Source: Balanoglossus misakiensis
Lineage: Eukaryota > Animalia > Hemichordata
Direction: 5' to 3'
DNA length: 64,000 bases
Assembly: GCA_040954595.2 (NCBI GenBank)
Contig: CM082595.2
Coordinates: 3,209,943-3,273,942 of the forward strand
Part shown: in pieces, positions 13,701 through 27,321 of the stretch
Numbering within the stretch: the first letter of the stretch is position 1
How the letters are laid out: each line of letters opens with the position of its first letter
The notes under the pieces: generated by a model
What the model was told of the DNA's origin: nothing
The model's database searches: none
What the model saw: the letters and a program-made list of their open reading frames with translations, nothing else
Translations under genes and position numbers: made by a program

Positions 13701-15693
13701 GGTTAAAACAACCATGTACTGAAAATGTATATTCAAAATTCAATATCAACTTTTACACCATATTACACCATATTCTGCTTCTAATAATAAACTTGGATCA
13801 CTTTAGAAAATGAAATTTACCAATATGGTATTACCTTTGTTAAAAGTATGTCAATTTCCCATACAACAAGCCCTTTTTAAATACAGTTTTTAAATTGCCA
13901 AATTCATACTTCATTACTTATTTCTGATCAAAACATGTCATGACTACATGTATGTCACTTATTTTCAAAGCATTACAGAATTTTGACGGAGGATCAAAAC
14001 ATCTAACATGCCTGAACAAAACCTTCCGGCTGCATAATTTATGTGTTTATGCGAAGTCGTGATGCACAAGTAACCAAGTTGCCTTGAACTCTGAAAACAG
14101 CACAGTTCTCTGCCCGCCTAGCCATTGTAGCAACACACATAAGAAAACATGGTGTCCATTTCAGTTGTTCTGAACCCAAACATATTTCTGGTAACATGTG
14201 GGTGAACTATTGATCAAAACGATGGCCAATGTCCATTCATTGGCGAAATTATTAAATGGGGTCGGCTCCATATGCCCCAATGTGAACAAAAGCATTCAGA
14301 GGCTTCAATGCTCCCATATGATACAACCAAGGAATTGATGATCTAATTTGCATATCTATTTCCAATATTTTCCTTTCACATCACAGATGACAGCAGTTGT
14401 CTGCTACCCACAATTGTGAGCATTTAATATCTGGCAAAAATGCCTATAATTTGAACATTACATTAGTTCAAACCATGATCAAAATTTTCATATTATGATG
14501 AAATAATGTTAAATGATATACATATTATCTGAAACCATGCAGAAGATGTGGCCTTCATATTTGATAAACATATTATTAGATTTCCGACACTGCTTGTTGG
14601 GCACGGATGGCCAATGCTGATGCGACCTTGAAATCTCATGCTCGATAAAAGGCTTGGACACAATGCGGTTCCATCACAAGGCCTTGTTTACCTGTTTACA
14701 GAAGAGATTGACCAGCCCAATCCACCGGCAGGAAGTCCCGCATGATTTCAACTCAATTGATCGGAGGGGGAAGTCCAGAACCGACCCCCCCCCCTCCCCT
14801 CCCCTCCAAAACCCAAAAATCTTTTCTCATACAATGAATCTAGCTTGTATTCGACGCGACTTGTGGTGATTAGATTGGAGGTACATTTATTATTCACAAA
14901 TATACACAGTGGGCATGTGTCTTCGACCCTGAAGATGTACTTCACATGAATTAAGGCCGTTTCAATTCAACGAGGTCATTCTACTGAAATTATTACCACA
15001 GAGAAATTGGACACGCCGCACCGTCTGAATGAAGAAGTCACACGAATGAAGAAATAAAATGTTATTTTGTTCTCTTAGATTTGAGCAACGGGAAACTATA
15101 AGCCTGACCTGCCCACGCCGGGTTCCGTCACTGCTGATTCACAATGTGACCGGCTAAATTTTGGGTGTGTGTGACTGTGTGAGTGGACCGACAACGTTAT
15201 TGATCGGGGAGCGAGGACAAAGAAATTGGATTCGACAATGAATGGATGTGAAAATCCACGGAGACCGGATTGTGGGCCATATTAGGGCGAAAACGTGGTT
15301 CCCTTCCCCTCAAATCTCACCATATAACACACGAAGTCGCTAGAAGTGGTTTGTGTTGAAAAACAGAGATGTTTTCTGGATATATTTGGGAATATTCGTC
15401 AGCCACGAACAAAAAACGGAAAGTCCCCCCCCCCCTTTCCAGCTGTTAACTCATTTGCGGGCGCGCAAAATACCGCTATTTTCCAATGAAAAGCAAGGTA
15501 ATTAAAATTAAAACGACAACTCAACATGTAAAATAACACAAGTAGTTCACGTGTGATAAGAATGTTGAATAAGAACAAAATTTAGACCTGAATTTGAACA
15601 GAAAGGAGAAAAAAACCCGCTGGATGGAATAAATGCGAGTGTACGTGAATAAAATTTTACACGGTGTGAAAAACAGAATTATGCGAACATGTA

Positions 15694-15910
15694 CTTACAC
15701 AAAAGAACGTTGGTCTTTGGGAGATGTAAATGACTTAAAACGGACGTTGGCTGTTCGCCCTGTGATACTCGTCTTCTTGTGCCAAATTCTGACGGCCCCG
15801 TACGTGGTCACTCAATAAAATACCGACAATAAATGGTTACTCAAGGACCCGTAGGAAGAAAACAAAACCAATATGGCGTAGCAGGTCAAGGCAGGACATC
15901 ACGTGACCCC
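15694..15910 (-). promoter_or_regulatory. Probable non-coding first exon and promoter of SPSB
   Basis: Minus-strand donor GTAAG near 15698, acceptor at 10894-10895 before the coding exon, YY1-like CGCCATATT near 15870, E-box TCACGTGA near 15899, CpG-rich. Confidence 0.45.
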
Positions 15911-18543
15911 GGCCGCCACCACAGTCTTCCTTTTCTTCGAACACGTTCTTTTTGATGAGTAAAATAATACCAAACCAAAAAATAGGAGAACTCTTATGAA
16001 TATCTACTAATCTTCTCTTGTTATTTCACAATTTTCGCCCATTTTACATCGTTTTATGTGCGGCCTGGAAAGCTTCCCCTCACTCTCAATCCCACCACCC
16101 CTGCCTAGCAGTCACACCGTCTGTGACGTCACCATGTGAGGTTAATACGTAGTAATACGTACGTACATACTAGGAAACACAAAAAGCCTTGTGTATGTAA
16201 GTTGTTTTTACGAAACCCGCACCAGTATTGGTGGTGAAACGCGTCCGATTAATCACCCCTGACCCAGACCAAAGTTTTCTATGACTCAAGAACCTTGTAT
16301 TCTCTTGTCCCTTGGTCGGTCACGAACTACTTTACAGTCGTTTACAATTTACAAGGTGGACTTGGGTTGAAAATTATTTTTGTTTATCATTTACTGATTA
16401 GGGCCTAGGGTAATTCATTTCAAATGCACGTGGAAAATGTTTATATGATTTCTTAAATTGTATTTTACAACTATACATAGACTGAAACTGTGGAACTTAA
16501 TTTATGGGAGTACCACATACGTTGTCTAAGAAACTATAAAGCGGGTGACCCGCATCTGAAAATCAAAAGTAGAGTGATTACGTCATCACGAATTGTTTTT
16601 AATTCTTGAGTATTCTCTCCGTCGCGAAGAATGACTAATTACAATTCCGCTGCCACGCCTGAATTTTGTGAATTCGGTAATTAGTTACAGAAACAATGCA
16701 ATAGTCACCAACTTCACACATAGCCGCGGCTGGTTTGTATTCTTTGTTATGTCAAAGGCCATAAGCGGGTCACCCCTATCTCTGCTTCATGAGATAGCGG
16801 ATCATCTTATACGTCACAACAATACCCGCGCAAGCGCAAGCAACACACCTTTCAAGCTCCGCCGCGTTTATGGACATAGACGCGTTTCGCCGGAAGTGAT
16901 AAAAGCATATTCCACGAAACGTTGTCACAACTTGATTCAAACACGCAATATGTAGTACGTACAATAAACCCACCGTGCTGATGAATAATTAGAAATTCCT
17001 CGTCGTAGAACATACTTCCTCCGCATACATACCTTCCATACGGATATCCGATTGAGAAAAAAAATCATATCATTTTAATACGACTTAAAGTAGCCTATAT
17101 CATGGTTGTTTGACCATCAGGTGGTTGACCAATTGGCCGTCAATGACCTATTGTGCAAGAAAGCTAGGAACAGGGGCGAAGTAGGCGTTTTCATAACCAC
17201 AAATCTTACTTTTATGGCAATAAATATACATATAATAATAATAACCATAATAAATAATAAACACAGAAAAATACTTTATTAATTTCTTGATTAATACATT
17301 ACTTTTTTCATATTTACTAATAGTGTATCATTATTTTGTTTGGTTGTTTATTTATTATTGTCGTCCTTGGATTGCCACGGAACACACTGTGATGTCAGTG
17401 CAGTGTAATGTACCAGCTGTAATAGTTCTGATTCAATCCTTATATAGTAACACATGCGTCTCCGCCACGTTCGAGGTCAGGTTATGGACACTATCGGGGT
17501 TTGACTGAACTTGACCGCTGATGAAAGGCAGTGACACTGACTTTTGCAGTGACGGGTAGCAACTCGAAGTTCAAGGTGAGTCGATGGAAAGTGCAATTCA
17601 TGCATGTGTTGCGCGTGACAATGGCTTGTCGAGCAGGTGATGGATTGAAGTTGACTACTAGATAACAGTTGACATGCAGGCCTAGTCTGGCGAGCGACCC
17701 GACATGTGAACGTGGAAAAACTGCCTGTTGTCTTACTCTGAGACCATGCTAGGACAATATGATGGCAGACTATTTATTATTTGCGGTGGATATACCAAAG
17801 GAATGCACATCCCGTAGACGTGATGCCTGGATCCCACGTCACCTGTGATCTAGCTCGCAATACGGAACGAACCCCAATTATCACGATATCGGTTAATAAA
17901 CGCAGACAGATTTAAAAGGGGATTGCATAACCCACTTTCCCAACTTACAGTTTTAAAGTCTCAGAAATATATTTACAGACGAACCTACCCTTTCCGAGAT
18001 ATAAGTCACATGCCGACCCTTCAATAAACCTAAACTGGTGATACATGTACATGTACCATTTAACACAAAAGAGAAACATGACGTTACTTTATTTACATAA
18101 CCGATGACAATTGCGCTTTACATGAACATAGTGATAGTTTTTTTTAATTGCTTATAAAATTAAGTGTTCATCATGATTGATTTTTCAATGACTCTAACCT
18201 CGAGTATTACCTTGAACAGGACGATTACCGTGATAAAGAGCGGGTGAAGGACGCCCCCATTGAAACGTTGCCGCGCCTATAAATCTTTTGATGGGTAATA
18301 ATACACGAACTTGCGATCTCTAACAAGCTGTGCACGATTGACAGCGATAAAAAATGGGTCACTCCCAGATTGGCATGGCGATAGCCAGGGCAGTACGTGC
18401 CCTGTGGCCGCTATCCGAAGTGCGGTGGTGTTAAAACGATGGTACCCACAAACGCGTGGCTTTCAATTCCTAAATTCTGTCATCCAAATACAATGCAATA
18501 TCCCTATTACACACACACGCACACACAACTTCTAGGCAAACGT

Positions 18544-18613
<70 letters not shown>

Positions 18614-18674
18614 AACGTTGATGATGACGATGATGATGATGATGAATGATGATGAAGAAGAAGAAGAAGATGAT
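18544..18674. repeat. (GAT)n/(GAA)n microsatellite just upstream of SLC25A11
   Basis: Direct reading. Confidence 0.95.
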
Positions 18675-18763
18675 ACTAGTACACTCTCCGCATACTATGC
18701 GCGTGATGCATGCTGCCCTCAACGTCGAATATCTGATTTGAGCTGATCACCGAGTCCATCATC

Positions 18764-21700
18764 ATGGCGTCCAACGGCAAACCGAAGAGCCAACCTCCTC
18801 AGATCCCAAACGGTATAAAATTCTTCTTTGGAGGAACTGCAGGGTAAGTGACCGCCTCATTGAAACCTTGAACTTCAGGAGCTTTGGGTCTTATCGCTGA
18901 GGGCTTATGATTTGGCGAGATAGAGGGATCATGCCACGTTTAAATACACCCCATCAACGTCAAACTCATCGCCAAATGATGTCACTGCCAATGATCACAA
19001 ACATTTTCAACTTCGACTAGATTGCGGGTCGTTTGTGGTCATCAAAAGCATAAAATGGCATGATCGCGGTAGCAGTCATAATCACGATAGTCAATTTTTG
19101 GACACAAATTTGATTTGACCTCATCTGTTGTCCCAGACATGTCCGTATCACCAGCTGATGACTACGTCCCGTACGTACGTACGTACGACCGGCCATCGAC
19201 CCATTTGCGTGACCCATTCTGAAGGTCAACTTGCCCTCACGTAAACACGATCGGCCCGTCATATCGAAGTTTTTAAGCAGCCGATTCTCATTCTTCTGTA
19301 TCGGGCTTTGAGTTATTCTGGAAATGGAAGAATTTGGCCCATTTTTAGTTCTTAAGGATTAAATTAAAAAACACCAGGAGAAATGGCCGTGAGACCAGTG
19401 CAGCCAACCCATTGAAGGCTATTGTTTGCTGTACAGCACAATAAAGTAGTGACCTCTATATCACACCACACTGCTCTGCCCTATGGCATTGTTCCCCCCC
19501 CCCCGACCTGAGATGCCTTGGATTCATCTTTTATATCAATGACAGGAAGTATAATCATCTTCAAATTCGTGTGGTGATGAAATCAGTATCTCACGTCATT
19601 TCTCTGTCTTTTTTGGCATTCAGATGTATGGCTACGATGTTTGTCCAGCCATTGGATCTGGTCAAGAATCGTATGCAGCTAAGTGGTAAGGGTTATCTTT
19701 ATTTACATATTGAGGTTGAAATCCAAGTGTCAAATGAGAGGCAGTTGCCCATTGGACGCTTGCCCTAACCCAGTCCCTAACATTGGCCGTGATTGGTCGT
19801 TGGAAAACTCCCAAGTGGTAAAACACTGTTTGTGAATTTTTTAGGTGAGGGCGGAGCTGCTCGTCAATACAAGACCAGTGCACATGCCTTGGTTAGCATT
19901 CTGAGAAATGAAGGGGTGTTCGGGATCTACACAGGGTGAGTAAAAACACTATCTATTCATCCCTTTTATTTTTCCTGACATGGAATACTCCATTTATCAC
20001 ATCAAAGTGAGTAGGTTATTCCACTTTTGGATAGGTAAGACCTCTGAAGAGGAAAGTGGGGTGAAACACTGTGTTTGCAATTAAGATTGAGGGTACTTAC
20101 CATTCTTTTCACATAGAATGTACAGTGCTCATGGAAAATCAATGATCTAATGATATTTTCTTGATTTCATTGCATTCAGTCTGTCAGCTGGTCTGCTGCG
20201 TCAGGCTACATATACCACCACAAGACTGGGTGTCTATACGATGCTGTTTGACATGTTTAAGAGGTGAGTCGCAGTCTACATTCTCTCTGAGAATTACCCA
20301 TTTCACTGAAGTTGAAGACCTGTCTGATTCTCCCTTCTAGTCAAATTTGATTACTGTAACACGCTGACAAAATCAGTTCTCAAAAAAACATTTGCCAATT
20401 TTACCATATTTCAGTACTACTATGTAGCCAGCTGCCCATTCATTTTTTTTTTCACATTTCTTTGTAGCCCTGATGGAACCCCTCCAAACTTTTTCATGAA
20501 GGCAGTGCTAGGTAGGTGGTAATTATGATCTGTTAGTTTCCTGCTTTTGTATAGTTATACTTCCCGTGTTGTATCAACCGCCTGTCTTGTTCCATCCAGG
20601 TATGACTTCTGGTGGTGTAGCGGCCATGGTGGGGACTCCGGCTGAGATCTCTCTCATCAGAATGACAGCTGATGGCAGGTAAGACAAGCTGATTTCAATT
20701 CATTTCACTCTCAAAATGCAAATTTTCTAATCCAGCTCAAACAATCTACGGTCAAACCTGTGTTAGTTGCCATGTATATATTAAATGACCTTAATCTTTG
20801 CAGATTGCCTCCTGAACAGAGAAGGGCATACAAGAACGTCTTTGATGCTTTGTACAGAATTGTCAAGGAAGAAGGGGTGTTGACATGCTGGAGGGTGAGT
20901 TTTACCCCTACACCACCATGGTTTTGCCCAAAAACCCATTGTTTTGTATGGTAAAGTTGGATCTCTATACAGGGACCTGGGGGTGAGAGGGTTAAAGCAG
21001 TATGTGCCTCAGGGACTGTGGGAAGTTTTCTGATACACTTTGTAATAACTCTATGAGCGGCTCAGAAAGGAAGATATGATGAAGGTCAGATAAAGGTCAA
21101 AGCTGAAGTGTGTTTCTTTTCATTCTTCAGGGAGCCACACCGACTGTTGTTCGAGCCATGGTTGTAAATGCAGCTCAATTGGCATCTTACTCACAGGCAA
21201 AGCAGATGTTACTATCAACAGGTAAGAATAATTGTAAATGCAACACATCTTGTAGTGCTGGTGTTGTTTATGTCTGCTGTGAAAATTACCCCTTTAAAGA
21301 TGTCTACATGGCTCATACGTCATTCTTTCTTTTATAACAGCTTATTTCCGTGACAACATCATGTGTCATTTTGTGGCTAGTATGATCAGTGGTCTGGTCA
21401 CCACAGCCGCCTCCATGCCTGTGGACATCGCAAAGACAAGAATACAAAACATGAAAATGATCGATGGTGTACCAGAATATAGGGGAGCATTTGTAAGTAT
21501 GGATAGTCTTGAACTCTGTCGTTTGTTTGTTTGTTTATTTTAGGGGGTGGGGTACAATTGTGCCATCTAAGCCAATTGTTTATGATGCAAGAAATTTAGA
21601 AAATAGCAATTTAAAGATACAGGATTGATTAAAAGTTATGTTGATGGCCCTTTGATTTTTGTCAAGGTTTCCAAAAATGTCCGATAGAGGGCTCACTACA

Positions 21701-21921
21701 AAGATTTATTTTCAAAGACTGGGTTTTCAAGTTGTTTGTTTTTCCCTTTCCAGGATGTTCTCAGCAAGACGATGAGGAAGGAGGGATTTTTCAGCCTGTG
21801 GAAGGGTTTCACTCCGTACTACATGAGACTGGGTCCGCACACAGTTCTGACGTTCATTTTCCTTGAACAAATGAATGCCTTCTACCGGAGACGGTTCATG
21901 AACTGGACTGGCGATTCCTAG
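18764..21921 (+). CDS. SLC25A11: Mitochondrial 2-oxoglutarate/malate carrier, 10 coding exons (first 18764-18843, last 21754-21921)
   Basis: KFFFGGTAG, FVQPLDLVKNRMQLSG, SAGLLRQATYTTTRLG, GTPAEISLIRMTADGRLP, RAMVVNAAQLASYSQAKQ, SMPVDIAKTRIQNMK, KGFTPYYMRLGPHTVLTFIFLEQMN; three carrier PxD/ExxK/R repeats. Confidence 0.97.
20901..20996. mobile_element. About 96-bp MITE-like element with degenerate TIRs, in an SLC25A11 intron
   Basis: TTTACCCCTACACCACCA ... TGGGGGTGAGAGGGTTAAA; same family as 321-395 and 55139-55213. Confidence 0.55.
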
Positions 21922-23380
21922 TTTTTCCCAGGGGGTGGGGGAAAACAAAATCAAACAGCTGTGGGGAAAATTAGCAACATGATGAGGTCGCTTGGTGTCT
22001 GATTTGCGGTAGTGGTGGTGATGGTTACCATGGAGACATTATTTACATAACAGTAGTTGTCATGGCAGTGTTGACTCCCCCAGGTCAAAGGTGATGAAAT
22101 TGCCCATAGCAGTAAATGTTTGACATTGTGTTGAAAGCAGTTGGCACAGTGGTAGATACAGCTCACCCCAGTGTGGTAATAGGGTCCCCACGCTAAAATA
22201 TGCTTGACCAAAATCATCAAATTTAGAAATGCTCGACCAAATTCATCAGGCTTCAAAGGCAAGGTTGTTGTGCTTGAAAGGTTTGTTAATTGTAGCTGGA
22301 TTGTTTTGTAAGTTACAAATTTATTGCATGCTAATTTGTCATTTCTAGATCATGAATATGTTGTCAGGTTTGTTTCAATGTATCATATCTGTGTTGCTTG
22401 TTTATATGCAAATTACTCTTCATATGATTTATGACCCCTGACCTCTATTTTTTTAACCTTTCAACCCTGACACCATAGCCAGTATTATTAGATACAACCC
22501 GCGTCCCACACAGCATTCACTGAAGTGATGAAATCACCGGTAGATCCCAGTCGAGAAAATCAACGCCGAGTAAAAGTGACATGACAACCAGATGAGATAA
22601 ATAATCACCCTTTATTGAGAAAAATTACACTCAACTGATTGTGAGATGGCCAAACTTGACTTCAGAGAAATTCATGTTGTGTCACAAAGGATGGCAAGAT
22701 GGCCTACTCACTAAAAAAGCGGTGCTTTCTGTTAACAGATAAAACTTTATCAGCAAACTATAGAAGTACTGTGTATACAATGGTTTGAGTTATTCAAATA
22801 GCATGAGAAGTACAAAATGTAGGAGTCACATGGTTCTCCTTTCTCTTGATAAGCTAAATATGCAGTTTAATGCTAATTATTTGTTTCGTACATGTTTTGT
22901 GTTTGCCAGCTTTCTCTTCAGGAGCGGCCATTTTGAATACCCACAATGCAATGTGAATTTCTCTTAACTATTGAACTTTATTGGTTGGTACATTTTGGGT
23001 TGTTCTCTCTGTTTTCTCTTGTTGAATTCAGTGTTTATTTTCTTGGCTTGGCCAGTAAGTACCACAAAAATCACAGTTTTTCTAATCTATGTTTAGAGAA
23101 GTCCTTGATTGACGTGTATGCATTTGTGATGTCCGCATTTTTTTTGTAGTCGGAATATTAAGACCATGGAAAACCTGTTTCTGTATTTGGAATGGACTTC
23201 TCTCTGAAATATGCTGTATGGCACACAGCAATAAACTTAGGTGTTTGGTAGTATGTGTTAAACAACAGAATAAATATTAACACATAGAAATGTGTGACAG
23301 TAAAAATATGTGTTGTGCTTCTGTATTTCTGAGAACAACAGACAAGACTGTGTCCAAGAAGCAAACATTCTGTATTTACA

Positions 23381-23588
23381 GTAGTAATCGTACAGTTATG
23401 TACAGAAGACGTCACTTGACATGATAGTGTACGTTTCATTGTCTCACAAGATAGTAATCGCAGTTATGTACAGAAGACGTCACTTGACATGATAGTGTAC
23501 GTTTCATTGTCTCACAAGGTAGTAATCGCAGTTATGTACAGAAGACGTCACTTGACATGATAGTGTACGTTTCATTGTCTCACAAGGT
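23381..23588. repeat. Tandem repeat, 3 x about 68 bp
   Basis: Unit gtagtaatcgcagttatgtacagaagacgtcacttgacatgatagtgtacgtttcattgtctcacaag at 23381, 23451, 23519. Confidence 0.95.
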
Positions 23589-23768
23589 GTTGTTGTCATG
23601 GTTATCGGAGACTCGACTCTCGTCATTAGCGACAATGTCACCTGCGTGATGTGAGACTGGTGATAAACTGATTTAGAAATTCCCCAGTGACTGGTTACAT
23701 CACAGAGGCATGTTGTTTGGGTTTTGACGTTACTGACGTCACGTGGGGTGGGCTCTGGATGGGTTCCT

Positions 23769-25943
23769 TCAGCAGTGCATGTATTTGTACTTGTGAATGA
23801 CATGTTCGTCAAAGTCTGTGACAAACACGTGACCATCATCGGTGACAGCGATACTTTCCCAGTGAGTACCTTCGCCGCCGTTAATCTCACTGATCAGCTT
23901 CTCGTCTGATGTGAACACTGCAATCTTGGAGGAATACACGTTTGCTGTACGTTTTTGTTCCACTACAATAATTTGGCCATACTTGTCGATGCACAGTGCA
24001 CGAGGACTGTCACACTGACATGCAGGACCCCAATGAGAACCAAATCTGCGAAGTGGTCTATCTCTCGCATCATACCACTGGATGAATCTACCATCCAGGT
24101 CGCATACAGCTACTTCATTCTCAGCATTCACAGCAAGACTGTATGGTTTCTCAAGTTGGCCGAGTCTTTTTCCTTTATTACCAATCTGTCTGACATATGT
24201 CCCATTCATGCTAAACACAAATATACAGGCTGCATCTAAGTCAGAAACTAGAATGTGCTCATGGTGATCCGTAGCCACTGCATAGGGATTTTGAAAGCAC
24301 TTGTATGTTAACTCATAGACATAGCTATCATATCGGACATACACAGTTTTCACTGTCGGTGAAATAGTAACGATTGGCTGTTCACCATGTTTCAGAGCAA
24401 TACCTGTACAGCTTACTTCTAAGATACGCTGTAAATCACCAAGTTGGTTTGTAATTTGGATTCTACCGTTATCGGCATCAGCTACCCATACATTTTGGTT
24501 TGAATCACATGCGATTCCCCAAGGTCTTTTGAACTCTCCATCATTAGACCCTTGACCTCCAAAAGTCAGTACAGGTTCATTGTTCAACACATGGATGCAG
24601 TGTTCACTGTGATGAGGAGAGAACCCCTCGGACTCAATGTCTACTCTCAAAATGTGATCACCTGTAGTCTGCGGTCTGAACACGATGTCCGTGGTGTAGT
24701 CGTTACATGGCTGTATGCGACATGGTACAGTCACGTCGTCGTCATCCACCACTGCGGCCTTGATGTTGACCGCTGTTGGCGAAATGCCGAAGTGGATCAC
24801 ACTGGCAATACTCGTACCTGCTTTAAACACGGTTGAGGGCGCTTGTACTGAAGGTGCGACAGCCGCGGTGTTCAAATTTACAAGGGTTGGTACGATTCTG
24901 TGAAAGGACGCTTTTGCCTGTTGATTTTCAGTGACTGATATTTTGGGTTTCTTCAATTGTGATATCTCATCATGAAAAATATCTGTCAGACTATGAAGAC
25001 TGTCTGACATTAGTTTACGTACAGACAAGAATTCTACATCACTACCCTCTGCCATGCCACGTTCGCTAATGCTTACCGCCTTCTGTAGTCGTTCCATTCT
25101 ATCTTTCAATTTAGCTCTCTCTTTCTCAAACTTGTCACCAAACTGGTTGTACAGAAGTCGTAGTTTTAGCTTGTGTTTCTCTTTGTCGGCCAAGAGGTGT
25201 GCTATCATTTCTTCATATGTTTCATCCAGCATTTTGCAGTCGGTGTTGTAGTCCTCTTTCAAGCTGTCTACAAGATCGTTATATTCAGAACTTTTCTCAG
25301 CCATGCTTTGGAACTTTCTCACAGCTTCGTCTAATGTGTCATTAAACTCTCTTCTGTATTTTGGGACAATGTCTTTGGGGTCCTTTACCCTGTGATTTGC
25401 GTGAGTAAGAACTTTGCATTTCTCACATACGGGCACTTTACACTCAATGCATACATCTGTCATGTTAGAAGCGTGTGCGTGGCACTGCACTGGTCTCTTG
25501 TAAAACATAGGCTTACTCTGCGAAGCATCACCTCGCAACTCATCGAGATACACGACACCTTGCCGATGCCTGATATTGCCAGCAACATGGTTGTCGAGGC
25601 ATGGATCACACAAAAACGTGGAATGCTGTTCACACCAGGCCACAGCTCCCCGTCGGGCATCTCGGCAGTTTCTGCAGCTGACAAAGTCTCGTTTATTATA
25701 AAGCGTGAAGAAGTCATAGTAATTGTTTGAGAGAAAATCGTCGGGTAAAGAGTAAATGTCAGTTCTTCTGAAGTTCGTGATTTTGTCGTCGACGGGACAC
25801 TTGAAGCGTTGTCGTTCGCCGTACTCTTGTTTGAGGCAGCGAAAACAGACTGAATGCAGACAGGGCAGAAGTTTGAGTCCTGTCGGACGTGCCCTACAAC
25901 TGCAACACAGTGTTGGCTGTGGTAGTTCCTCTGCGAATGCCAT
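23769..25943 (-). CDS. TRIM-NHL protein (RING, 2 B-boxes, coiled coil, filamin-like, NHL repeats; TRIM2/3/71-like architecture), single coding exon, about 724 aa
   Basis: RING C..C..LLPCLHSVCFRC..CPVD; B-box2 CHAH..CIECKVPVCEKC..HANH; NHL repeats FGGQGSNDGEFKRPWGIA, WVADADNGRIQI, GQLEKPYSLAV; ATG at 25943 just after acceptor at 25946-25947. Confidence 0.92.
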   Translation of the reverse strand: MAFAEELPQPTLCCSCRARPTGLKLLPCLHSVCFRCLKQEYGERQRFKCPVDDKITNFRRTDIYSLPDDFLSNNYYDFFTLYNKRDFVSCRNCRDARRGAVAWCEQHSTFLCDPCLDNHVAGNIRHRQGVVYLDELRGDASQSKPMFYKRPVQCHAHASNMTDVCIECKVPVCEKCKVLTHANHRVKDPKDIVPKYRREFNDTLDEAVRKFQSMAEKSSEYNDLVDSLKEDYNTDCKMLDETYEEMIAHLLADKEKHKLKLRLLYNQFGDKFEKERAKLKDRMERLQKAVSISERGMAEGSDVEFLSVRKLMSDSLHSLTDIFHDEISQLKKPKISVTENQQAKASFHRIVPTLVNLNTAAVAPSVQAPSTVFKAGTSIASVIHFGISPTAVNIKAAVVDDDDVTVPCRIQPCNDYTTDIVFRPQTTGDHILRVDIESEGFSPHHSEHCIHVLNNEPVLTFGGQGSNDGEFKRPWGIACDSNQNVWVADADNGRIQITNQLGDLQRILEVSCTGIALKHGEQPIVTISPTVKTVYVRYDSYVYELTYKCFQNPYAVATDHHEHILVSDLDAACIFVFSMNGTYVRQIGNKGKRLGQLEKPYSLAVNAENEVAVCDLDGRFIQWYDARDRPLRRFGSHWGPACQCDSPRALCIDKYGQIIVVEQKRTANVYSSKIAVFTSDEKLISEINGGEGTHWESIAVTDDGHVFVTDFDEHVIHKYKYMHC

Positions 25944-26049
25944 AGCTGTCAAGGAAAGACAAGGAATTTCGGTTTACCTTGCAAACTAACCACAGTCACA
26001 CCTTTCTGAACCCTAGATAATCTACAAAGCTTGAGTATCGCAACATACA

Positions 26050-26932
26050 CCGTACTTGCCCGGGTAAGAGCCCCGGGTGCTGCGCCCCCAAATTGACGAA
26101 AAAAACAGGGGGGGGGGGGGGGGGGGGGGCGTTTGCCAGGACACCACCTCGACTTTTATGCAAATGAGGGGCCTAGGGACACGAGGAAGGGGTGAATAAT
26201 GATGCAAATAACATGGCAAAACATTTCACACACAAAAGATGTACTTTATTAAATAATAAAAAGTTTTTTTCCCATAAATCAAATACAGAAAACATATTAC
26301 AGTCGCCGCCGTTTAATCGGGACACCATTGGCGCTGACAAAACATCCCGTTTAACTGGGACATTGGTAAATGGTTGATCCCACCCATGTTTACTTAGACG
26401 TCGACGGACGCACGTAAATACATCTATCATACCCTTCTCTACCGGAATTTTTGAGTGGTTCATTCTCCCAGTCCAAGTCGCGATCTTCCAATTTTGGGTG
26501 TTTCGCATCGAGGACGGACTGAAGCAGCTCCACGCGGCCGCTTTGGAAAGCTCCCCGGTGACCTCATACGCGGCAGCGCGTCCATCTACATGATCTACGT
26601 GATCGTTGAATTCAAGGCACGGTCCCGAGGGACCTGTCTGAGGTCATGTTTTCTAGAGTGGCTATAACTCAGCGTGGTCAGTCGGCCGCCATGGGTACGA
26701 TAATCAGCGCGAAAGTCAATCATCATACGTTTTTTTTCACATTTAGTGACTTTTGGGATGAAAATCCGCCTTTTTTGCATTGCACTTTATTAAATTTCCA
26801 AGAATTTAATGGATATTCGGCCGAGGGAGGGGGGGGGGGAGCTTTAGACCGGATATAACCTCGATCTTCAAATGGGCCCTAAAACCATGGGGGCGTTTGC
26901 CCGCGCAGGGGCTCTTACCTGGGCAAGTACGG
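26050..26932. mobile_element. About 880-bp non-autonomous TIR element (Tc1/mariner-pogo-like CCGT...ACGG ends)
   Basis: 25-bp TIRs CCGTACTTGCCCGGGTAAGAGCCCC / GGGGCTCTTACCTGGGCAAGTACGG (1 mismatch); right flank TA, left flank CA. Confidence 0.8.
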
Positions 26933-27321
26933 TATGTGGTTCAAACACGTGCATTTAAATGCTTCTGAAACGTCTCAGGTTACGGATACTGGAACATTTC
27001 AGAATTGACACGGCTTTGCAACACATTTATGGGGCCGAGCGTCAGGGTCTATTCATTTAGTGTGTTTGGATGCAAAGCGACTCAAATGACTGTCACGGTG
27101 ACCCTCCCCGCCAGATAATCGCATACTAAATTCATGTTGATTGATTCATGTTAAGGTATTGTTTGTTGATCATCGCCATGGAAACACTGCGGACTGTGGT
27201 TGGCCTATCCAAAATCATTTAGATTTTTTAAGGAGTGCACCATTTGATATCTTGGGTAGGTGTAGCAGCACCAACCAATTTATTTAGGCGGACACATTCT
27301 TGACTGATGTGGCATATCTCT

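Noticed and set aside
23381-23588. CRISPR-like array
   Set aside because: Head-to-tail repeats with no unique spacers, no cas genes, eukaryotic context; same for 41604-41699 and 52267-52374
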